Below are positions 9,514-15,089 of a stretch of 35,328 nucleotides of DNA, one piece after another. The stretch covers positions 1-35,328 of IMG/VR virus record IMGVR_UViG_2802429215_000001; one strand, 5' to 3'. The position numbers and the translations under genes were made by a program. Position 1 is the first letter of the stretch, and the number at the start of each line of letters is the position of its first letter. This stretch comes from a virus. The notes under the pieces are model-generated. The model saw only the letters and a list, made by a program, of their open reading frames with translations, was not told the DNA's origin and did not search any database.

Positions 9514-9852
9514 ATGAAAGAAATCATGACACGAGCTTGGGAAATTGCAAAACAAGGTCAAGCTAAATTTGGCGGTAAAGTCAGCGAATACATTTCAGAA
9601 GCTTTAAAAGAAGCATGGTTTGAATATCGTTCAGAAAAAGAAGAAAATACTTCAGCTAAAATGGAAGTAGTTCTTGCTAAATTAAGAAAAAACCAAAAAT
9701 TTACAATCGCAACATTGATTGAACAATCACACGAACTTGAATTTAACGAAGTAATGCACAAAGCTGGTGCTTACTACGGTATCGAAGTAATCGCGGACGG
9801 CGACAAAGCTACTACAGTATACGTTAGCGAACGCACTTGGGAAGCAGCTTAA
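9514..9852 (+). CDS. Moron gene 1, hypothetical 112-aa protein
   Basis: ATG 7 nt after GAAAGAGG in the duplicated leader. N-terminal motif RAWEIAKQGQAKFGGKVSEYISEALKEAW. No function recognised. Confidence 0.7.
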   Translation: MKEIMTRAWEIAKQGQAKFGGKVSEYISEALKEAWFEYRSEKEENTSAKMEVVLAKLRKNQKFTIATLIEQSHELEFNEVMHKAGAYYGIEVIADGDKATTVYVSERTWEAA

Positions 9853-9871
9853 TCTTTATTAAGGAGAATAC

Positions 9872-10051
9872 ATGGCAGAAGAATTAACAGCTCGTCAAAG
9901 AGCTGACAAAAAATGGAATGAAAAAAATAGAGAACATAGAAATTACATGACCAAAAGGTCGACGGCTCGCGGTTTTATTCGCAACCATGCGACAAAAGAA
10001 GACTTGCTTGAATTGCAGGAACTTATCCAAGAAAATTTAAAAAAATTTTAA
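9872..10051 (+). CDS. Moron gene 2, small basic 59-aa protein (below the ORF-track cutoff)
   Basis: AAGGAG at 9861-9866, ATG at 9872, stop at 10049-10051. Translation: MAEELTARQRADKKWNEKNREHRNYMTKRSTARGFIRNHATKEDLLELQELIQENLKKF. Confidence 0.55.
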   Translation: MAEELTARQRADKKWNEKNREHRNYMTKRSTARGFIRNHATKEDLLELQELIQENLKKF

Positions 10052-10060
10052 AAAAAGTTC

Positions 10061-10089
10061 TTGACAGTATGTAGTATATATACTATAAT
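10061..10089 (+). promoter_or_regulatory. Consensus promoter TTGACA-17-TATAAT with palindrome TAGTATATATACTA (10072-10085)
   Basis: Identical to the promoter at 9446-9474. Confidence 0.8.
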
Positions 10090-10122
10090 ATACTTGTAAG
10101 ATAAATAAAGACGAAAGAGGTA
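10061..10122 (+). repeat. 62-bp promoter/leader cassette, copy 2 (identical to 9446..9507)
   Basis: Direct comparison of the two sequences. Confidence 0.95.
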
Positions 10123-10128
10123 TTTAAA

Positions 10129-10497
10129 ATGATTAAATGGAACGGAAAATCAACAAACGGAACTTGGAAAAAAGAAATTATCGCAACCGACTATGAAGAA
10201 CTTCTAGAAGAATTAGTTGATCGCGACATCATCGACGGCTATTGGAATATGGATAGCCAAGCATTCGATGGGCTTTGTGATTGTTCAGAAATGCTTGAAA
10301 AACTTCGTGACGAATATCAAGAAGCCATCGAAGAAGATGACGATGAGAAAATGGCAAGTTTTGAAAAGCAATTCGATGATATTGATTGGCATGAAGACGT
10401 GTTTAGTAAATTATCTGAAGATGATTTTAAATATGTAATCCGCGGTTGCAATAGCCAAGCCTACTATCAAGAATTTGAAGAAGTAGAAGAAGATTAA
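10129..10497 (+). CDS. Moron gene 3, strongly acidic 122-aa protein
   Basis: ATG after the duplicated leader RBS. Very Asp/Glu-rich (EEDDDEK, EEVEED). No family recognised. Confidence 0.7.
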   Translation: MIKWNGKSTNGTWKKEIIATDYEELLEELVDRDIIDGYWNMDSQAFDGLCDCSEMLEKLRDEYQEAIEEDDDEKMASFEKQFDDIDWHEDVFSKLSEDDFKYVIRGCNSQAYYQEFEEVEED

Positions 10498-10499
10498 TC

Positions 10500-10524
10500 A
10501 AGCGGTCATTACGACCGCTTTTAT
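10500..10524 (+). terminator. Rho-independent terminator (short T tract)
   Basis: Stem AAGCGGTC/GACCGCTT, 5-nt loop, then TTTTAT. Confidence 0.55.
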
Positions 10525-10540
10525 AAAAAGGAGAAGCAAT

Positions 10541-10810
10541 ATGGCTTACAATTGGCAACAGTTTAAGAACGGTCTTTTCGGATTTTCGTACGATTACGAA
10601 GAAATGCTAGCGAAGTTAAGAAAAGACGTCGCAGCAAGTGATGTTGGCGATAAAGTCGTCGTCGTTCGTTATCGTAGAGATGATACCAACTACAGACCTA
10701 TCCAAGATTATCTGCACGATGGCGAATCAGTAAGTGAAGATGAAGAATACAGTTTTGAAAAAACAGCTGATGTTTTGGAAGAAATGGAAGCAATGAATCG
10801 TATTTTTTAA
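10541..10810 (+). CDS. Moron gene 4, hypothetical 89-aa protein
   Basis: AAAGGAG RBS before the ATG. Acidic C-terminal half. Confidence 0.6.
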   Translation: MAYNWQQFKNGLFGFSYDYEEMLAKLRKDVAASDVGDKVVVVRYRRDDTNYRPIQDYLHDGESVSEDEEYSFEKTADVLEEMEAMNRIF

Positions 10811-10826
10811 GGAGTAGGAATAAAAT

Positions 10827-11042
10827 ATGGCAGTAAAGAAAATTGAAATAGCACAGCTAGCTATAGCAGAAAAACTAGCTTTGGCTGGTTCAGAATTAAA
10901 TATAGAAGATGCTTTAGATATTTTAGATCGTACCAAAGACAGCACTCTCAAAGAGGTCTATTCAAAAGATAAAAGTTTTGTTGCTATCTGGGACTTACTC
11001 AAAAAACATAACTTTGAAAGATATCAATCAATTGTCGCTTGA
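10827..11042 (+). CDS. Moron gene 5, hypothetical 71-aa protein
   Basis: AAGGAG at 10809-10814 upstream of the ATG at 10827. Last gene before the attP region. Confidence 0.6.
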   Translation: MAVKKIEIAQLAIAEKLALAGSELNIEDALDILDRTKDSTLKEVYSKDKSFVAIWDLLKKHNFERYQSIVA

Positions 11043-11071
11043 ACTTATCTAAAAATATATGTTATAATAAG

Positions 11072-11100
11072 AGAGCCTTATTTAAGGCTTTCTTTATTTT
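11072..11100 (+). terminator. Rho-independent terminator
   Basis: Stem AGCCTT/AAGGCT, then a T-rich tail. Confidence 0.55.
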
Positions 11101-11107
11101 ACAACCG

Positions 11108-11131
11108 CACCCGATTTTTCGGGTGTTTTTT
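11108..11131 (+). terminator. Rho-independent terminator
   Basis: Stem CACCCG/CGGGTG, 6-nt loop, then TTTTTT. Confidence 0.7.
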
Positions 11132-11370
11132 AGTGCAATAAAAAAAGCCTTGTCCATAAAGCTTAAGGCGGGGAATTGGCGGGGACGAGCGCTAGAAAGC
11201 GCATAGTATCAGCATTCTTGTTTTTCTACTAAAAAAATGAGATTTTCATGATACCTTTCAATATCGAATTTCAGCGTTATTTTGCAGGTGTTATTGAGGA
11301 ATAAAACAAGAATAAGCAGCTATTTTCAGGTGTAATTAGGTGTTGAGACGGGGACAAATACGGGGAAATT
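11132..11370. other. Probable attP region (core not identified)
   Basis: Non-coding segment directly downstream of the integrase 3' end. Two pairs of CGGGGA-containing direct repeats (11167-11185 and 11348-11366) flank an AT-rich centre. An 11-nt inverted repeat lies at 11214-11224 and 11303-11313. CAGGTGT-ATT-AGG direct repeats are also present. Confidence 0.5.
11145..11156 (+). repeat. Degenerate inverted copy (AAGCCTTGTCCA) of the 18-bp repeat at 12557 and 15090
   Basis: 12 of 18 nt match contiguously, then the sequence continues taaagctt where the full repeat has gaagct. Confidence 0.6.
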
Positions 11371-12531
11371 TCACTTAATTGCTCGCAAGAATGAATCGGT
11401 AACTTCGCTTGCTACCTCGTCTTTGATATGCGTATACTTTTGGGTCATGTATGCTGTTGAATGTCCTAAAGCTGCAGCCATATGTTCAACTGGCACACCA
11501 GCGATTTGACCTTGCGTAGCGAAGAAGTGCCTCATCATGTGAGGCGTTATGTGCATGTCGCAAGCTTCGTTTACTTTTCTAAAAACCGCATAAATTCGTG
11601 AGCAAGCAACTGGCTGTCCTAATGTTTTTTTGGTTTTTTCTCCAGCATCTAAAAAAAGAAAATCATTCTTGTTTAGAATACGCCCAGACTCTTTTGCTAA
11701 TTTGCGAGAGACTTTGGTTGCGTATTGTAATAACTTGGTCGTTTCTTCGTCGACAACAATATAGCGTTCAGAGCTTTTAGTTTTCATACCTTTTCCGTTC
11801 GGACGGTAAAAAGTTCGACTCTCATCTAAAAGTATTTTAAAACGTGACCCAATTAATTGTAACGAGCCTAATTTAACCCCAAAAACTTCGCTTTTCCGGA
11901 GTCCAAAATAAGTAAGTCTAACCATTGCATATTCGTATTTTGTCAATAGTTTTCTAGCGCAAGCGTCCCATTCGCGAAACTCTTCTAAAGAAATTCTTTT
12001 GTTTTTTGGCGGGTTTTTGCTTTCGCCGATATAGATTTTAAAAACCGGATTTTTGTCTAAATAGCCATTTACTACAGCGTCATTGAGCATCGCTTCAAAA
12101 ACGGAATTTATCTGTCTTACAGATGAGCGGGTCAATCTCTTCAGCAATCCAGTCATATATTTCTCGTATTCAAGACGTTCAATATCTTTCAATCGCATAT
12201 TTCCGTATTTTTTAGCAAAGTGTCTGTTGTATACATTCCTTTTGTCGACTATCGTATCTGGTGCCCATCGGCCCGTTTTAATACGGTTCTCGCTGTATAT
12301 TTCCCAATAATCGTTGACCGTCATGTTTTTCTTCGGGTCATACTCATTGTTTGCGATTTTATTTTCAATTTCAGCAAGCGCGTGTCTAGCTTCAGCAAGT
12401 GTTTTTAATCCGCTAGCGCTTATTTCTTTTTTCTTGCCGTTTAATTTAAAGTTTCGGCGAACGTAGTAGCGTTTGCCTTTCTTAGTTTCATATGTATAGA
12501 TATTTGGATATTTTGTTTTATTGTATTTCAT
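11371..12531 (-). CDS. int: Tyrosine integrase with an N-terminal arm-type DNA-binding domain
   Basis: Catalytic motifs GLRKSE, HMMRHFFAT and LGHSTAYMTQKYTH. The N-terminus KYPNIYTYETKKGKRYYVR is typical of the AP2-like arm-binding domain. AAAGGAG RBS. Confidence 0.9.
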   Translation of the reverse strand: MKYNKTKYPNIYTYETKKGKRYYVRRNFKLNGKKKEISASGLKTLAEARHALAEIENKIANNEYDPKKNMTVNDYWEIYSENRIKTGRWAPDTIVDKRNVYNRHFAKKYGNMRLKDIERLEYEKYMTGLLKRLTRSSVRQINSVFEAMLNDAVVNGYLDKNPVFKIYIGESKNPPKNKRISLEEFREWDACARKLLTKYEYAMVRLTYFGLRKSEVFGVKLGSLQLIGSRFKILLDESRTFYRPNGKGMKTKSSERYIVVDEETTKLLQYATKVSRKLAKESGRILNKNDFLFLDAGEKTKKTLGQPVACSRIYAVFRKVNEACDMHITPHMMRHFFATQGQIAGVPVEHMAAALGHSTAYMTQKYTHIKDEVASEVTDSFLRAIK

Positions 12532-12556
12532 TATTTTTCTCCTTTGTTAAAAAAAT

Positions 12557-12574
12557 AGCTTCTGGACAAGGCTT
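12557..12574. repeat. 18-bp exact repeat AGCTTCTGGACAAGGCTT, copy 1 (upstream of the int start)
   Basis: Identical to 15090-15107. Confidence 0.9.
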
Positions 12575-12593
12575 TTTAACTTCAGAGAAATTC

Positions 12594-12621
12594 TTGACAT
12601 CACCACCTTTTTTGATAAAAT
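12594..12621 (+). promoter_or_regulatory. Candidate promoter TTGACA-16-TAAAAT with an extended -10 TG
   Basis: TTGACA at 12594-12599 and TGaTAAAAT at 12613-12621. It faces a + strand terminator about 100 nt downstream. Confidence 0.45.
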
Positions 12622-12627
12622 TAAATA

Positions 12628-12754
12628 GACGACATATTTTAAGCTAAGTTTTTCTTACTTCTCCAAAAGTAATCACTTGCTTAATCGTGTGTTGTTAATG
12701 ATTTCTTTACACCCTTGCACTCAATTTTGCGATGGAGAGTGCGAGGGATTTTTT
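12628..12754 (+). ncRNA. Candidate ~125-nt non-coding RNA between int and the Ltp-like gene
   Basis: Bounded by the promoter at 12594-12621 and a + strand-specific terminator. No ORF with an RBS inside. Confidence 0.35.
12712..12754 (+). terminator. Rho-independent terminator oriented for the + strand
   Basis: 11-bp stem CCCTTGCACTC/GAGTGCGAGGG (one G-U pair) followed by ATTTTTT. In the minus direction no U tract follows the stem. Confidence 0.65.
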
Positions 12755-12764
12755 GTATTGTTTT

Positions 12765-13328
12765 TTATTTATCTAAATTATCAATGGCATATTGCGCTTC
12801 TGATTCCGTAAATTTTTCACCAGATTCAGAAATTAGCTGATCATAGATAGCGTCTGGAGACATTGCCATGCTTTCTTGGTAAGTTTTTGCTTGTTTCAAA
12901 GCGGCTTTGTTGTAATCAAAGTTAGAGTTGTCAATAGCATATTGAGCTTCTTCAGGAGTGAACTTTTCGCCCATTTCAGAAGAAAGTTGATCATAAATAC
13001 CTTGTTTTGACATATGCATATTTTTGTAATAGCTTTTTGCTTGTTTCAAGGCAGCTTTCTTGTAATTAGCTTTCAAGTGGTCAACAGCATATTGAGCGTC
13101 TTCTTCTGAATATTGGTCATAATCAGAAGTCAATTGGTCAAAGATACCTTGCTTAGACATGTGCATGTTCTTGTAGTAGCTTTTTGCTTGTCGTAATGCC
13201 GTTTTTTGAGTAGTAGTAGCAGCATAAACAACAGTCGGTTCGTTAACCGCAGGGACGTTAACGACATCAAGCATTGCTGCACCAAGAATAGCAGTAGCAC
13301 CGAGCATAAAGACAGTTTTCTTCTTCAT
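12765..13328 (-). CDS. ltp: Ltp-family superinfection-exclusion-like protein: three tandem Ltp repeats, signal peptide without a lipobox cysteine
   Basis: Three repeats of AL(K/R)QAK(S/T)Y...M.MS..GI(Y/F)DQL......(F/Y)..E(E/S)AQYA(I/V)D match the host cell surface-exposed lipoprotein (Ltp) repeat. Located between int and the repressor. The N-terminus is MKKKTVFMLGATAILGAAML and no Cys is present anywhere in the signal region. Confidence 0.8.
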   Translation of the reverse strand: MKKKTVFMLGATAILGAAMLDVVNVPAVNEPTVVYAATTTQKTALRQAKSYYKNMHMSKQGIFDQLTSDYDQYSEEDAQYAVDHLKANYKKAALKQAKSYYKNMHMSKQGIYDQLSSEMGEKFTPEEAQYAIDNSNFDYNKAALKQAKTYQESMAMSPDAIYDQLISESGEKFTESEAQYAIDNLDK

Positions 13329-13383
13329 TATATATATTCTCCATTTCCAGCTTTTAACGTGGTTCAGTCCTTTGCACGTTTTT

Positions 13384-13665
13384 TTATTTGCCGTTTAATT
13401 TTTTAAGTTCGTCAATGATTTGTTGATTTTGATTGATTAAAATCCAGTTTTGCTCAACAAGCGCAGATAAGTAAGAAAGTTTAGTTTGGTCAACACTATT
13501 ACTGCTAAAAGACAAAGCTAGACCAGCTTTTATTAATCCATTGCCAGCCATTTCATTCGCAATACGTCGGACTTGCTCGTAGCTTTCTTCTGGCAAGCCT
13601 TTAACACCACGCGCAGCAAGATAATCTTCAGTTTTTTCATTTTTTGTTTTTCCAAATAGTGCCAT
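13384..13665 (-). CDS. Hypothetical 93-aa protein co-transcribed with the repressor
   Basis: Its start overlaps the repressor 3' end by 29 nt. GGGGAAG RBS. No transmembrane segment and no family recognised. Confidence 0.6.
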   Translation of the reverse strand: MALFGKTKNEKTEDYLAARGVKGLPEESYEQVRRIANEMAGNGLIKAGLALSFSSNSVDQTKLSYLSALVEQNWILINQNQQIIDELKKLNGK

Positions 13666-14122
13666 TTTCTTCCCCTTTGTTTAATTTATCCAAAATCTTC
13701 TCTGTATTAGATAGCAACTGATTTAAGATATTGGTTTGTTGTTCTAAATAGGATAAGATTTCTTTTTGCAGCTCAAAATCAGCAACCTGTTGGTCGTGGC
13801 TCCTATCAAAGTTTTCTTTTGATGTGCCATGATTAATAGTGACCGAACTATTATTGTAGCTATTTAAGCCGTTGTTATCACCGTGAATTATATTTTGGTC
13901 TTTGAACGTTGAGTCAATATCTGATTTTTCGACTTCGAAATAATCAGCCATCTTTTGAATAATTCCAAAAGAAGGGGCGCTTCTGAGTTTCATATAATCA
14001 GTAATTGTCCCTGGAGCAACACCGATAGCGTCAGCCAACTCTTTCTGAGTGATTCCTTTCTTCTTTCTATAATAGGTAATATTATCAGCGATAATCTGCA
14101 TACGTTGTTTGTTTTTATCCAT
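13637..14122 (-). CDS. cI-like repressor (XRE-family HTH)
   Basis: HTH ITQKELADAIGVAPGTITDYMKLRSAPSFGIIQKMADYF. Divergent from a Cro-like gene across an operator-containing intergenic region. Confidence 0.85.
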   Translation of the reverse strand: MDKNKQRMQIIADNITYYRKKKGITQKELADAIGVAPGTITDYMKLRSAPSFGIIQKMADYFEVEKSDIDSTFKDQNIIHGDNNGLNSYNNSSVTINHGTSKENFDRSHDQQVADFELQKEILSYLEQQTNILNQLLSNTEKILDKLNKGEENGTIWKNKK

Positions 14123-14150
14123 ATTATTTTCCTCTCGTATGTTTGATTCT

Positions 14151-14179
14151 ATTATATATGATTTTTATTATCAATACAA
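14151..14179 (-). promoter_or_regulatory. Leftward (repressor) promoter TTGTAT-17-TATAAT
   Basis: On the minus strand, -35 is the complement of 14174-14179 and -10 is the complement of 14151-14156. Confidence 0.6.
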
Positions 14180-14208
14180 GAAAAATACGAAAAAAACTTA
14201 ATTTTGTG

Positions 14209-14237
14209 TTGACAATACGAAAAAATCGTATTATAAT
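14209..14237 (+). promoter_or_regulatory. Rightward early promoter TTGACA-17-TATAAT
   Basis: Perfect hexamers. The spacer is entirely occupied by the palindrome ATACGA-N5-TCGTAT. Confidence 0.8.
14214..14232. promoter_or_regulatory. Operator palindrome AATACGA-aaaaa-TCGTATT inside the rightward promoter
   Basis: Perfect 7-nt arms. A half-site ATACGA also occurs at 14185-14190. Confidence 0.7.
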
Positions 14238-14288
14238 ATACTCGTAAGGTTGAAAGACCTAAAGAAAAAAAGAAAGGAAAAAGAACAT

Positions 14289-14501
14289 ATGAAATGGACA
14301 TTGGAAGCTCTCCGAATTGCCGCTGGGATGACGCAGGAAGAACTTGCAAGTGAGTTCGGCGTCTCTACCAACACGCTTGCGAAGCTTGAAAACGACAGTT
14401 CGAATATCGGAATGATTATGCTAAAAAAATATATGTTTAAATTTCACGTTGGATTTGATGATATTTTTTTAGGCAAGAAATACGAAAATTTCGTATTTTA
14501 A
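14289..14501 (+). CDS. Cro-like XRE-family HTH regulator
   Basis: ATG at 14289 after AAAGGAAAAAG; the TTG at 14250 is too close to the promoter. HTH MTQEELASEFGVSTNTLAKLEN. Confidence 0.8.
   Translation: MKWTLEALRIAAGMTQEELASEFGVSTNTLAKLENDSSNIGMIMLKKYMFKFHVGFDDIFLGKKYENFVF
14478..14498. promoter_or_regulatory. Distal operator palindrome AAATACGAAA-A-TTTCGTATTT at the 3' end of the cro-like gene
   Basis: Same ATACGA-N5-TCGTAT core as the operator at 14215-14231, about 265 bp away. Confidence 0.6.
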
Positions 14502-14510
14502 CGTAATTAT

Positions 14511-14611
14511 TTCCAGCTGGGTTGATACGGTTCTAGCACAGTTACAAAATAACAATCGGGCTCATTAACACTTTAACAAAAAGTGCTAGAACTATACCAG
14601 CTCAGCTGGAA
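14511..14611 (+). promoter_or_regulatory. Long imperfect hairpin (29-position stem, 43-nt loop) in the early leader
   Basis: 14511-14539 pairs with 14583-14611: 24 Watson-Crick pairs, 3 G-U pairs and 2 mismatches. The G-U pairs exist only in the + strand RNA. Confidence 0.55.
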
Positions 14612-14768
14612 ACCACGCTCTCGGTTAGTAGCTATGGCTCTAACAAGATGATAACCTCCTTTAAAATAAATAAAAAATGCAGTTATTAAATTACTCTAAA
14701 CGATAATATTTGACAAGACAACAACGATTGACGAACTTGTTAGAGCTTTAACTGCTAATCGGGAGCAC

Positions 14769-14795
14769 AAAAAAAGCCACTGAAAATCAGTGACT
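14769..14795 (-). terminator. Rho-independent terminator oriented for the minus strand, just upstream of the xis-like gene
   Basis: On the minus strand: AGTCACTGA-ttt-TCAGTGGCT followed by TTTTTTT. One stem position is G-U on the minus strand and C-A on the plus strand. Confidence 0.6.
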
Positions 14796-14837
14796 TACAA
14801 AACAAAACTACTTACATTATACCAGAAAGGAAACAAC

Positions 14838-15089
14838 ATGGATAGTGTAATGCAACAATTTTCCGATTGGCTGAAAGGCATAATCAAGGAAACATTAAAC
14901 AAGCTTTTGGAAATCGAACGCGATGATGGTTTTAACGAGTTGATGTCGCAAAAAGAAGCATGCAAGTTCCTTGGGATTTCAAAAGACACGTTTCAAACAT
15001 ACCGCTATATGGACGGCTTTCCAAAAGAACTACCAGCTAAACGCTGGTCAAAGCGAGCTATTAAGAAATGGCTTGAAAATCAAATTTAA
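14838..15089 (+). CDS. Xis/AlpA-like HTH DNA-binding protein (possible excisionase or early regulator)
   Basis: ATG at 14838 after GAAAGGAAAC. The motif LMSQKEACKFLGISKDTFQTYRYMDGFPK is typical of the excisionase-type HTH. Confidence 0.6.
   Translation: MDSVMQQFSDWLKGIIKETLNKLLEIERDDGFNELMSQKEACKFLGISKDTFQTYRYMDGFPKELPAKRWSKRAIKKWLENQI

Noticed and set aside
9446-10122. CRISPR-like array, suggested by identical 62-bp repeats
   Set aside because: There are only two copies, separated by 553 bp of coding sequence. Each copy is a complete promoter plus leader plus RBS in front of a gene. No cas genes are present.
11039-11068. Promoter-like TTGAAC-18-TATAAT
   Set aside because: Its predicted start falls inside the terminator hairpin at 11072-11100, and nothing is downstream to express. 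It is probably a chance match in AT-rich DNA.
12712-12754. The hairpin as the terminator of the minus-strand ltp-like operon
   Set aside because: In the minus direction the stem is followed by UGUAAAGAAAUC rather than a U tract. The U tract exists only on the + strand. It may still pause minus-strand transcription, but it fits a + strand transcript better.
14250-14288. TTG start at 14250 for the cro-like gene
   Set aside because: It lies only ~6 nt from the predicted transcription start of the rightward promoter and has no RBS. The ATG at 14289 follows AAAGGAAAAAG.
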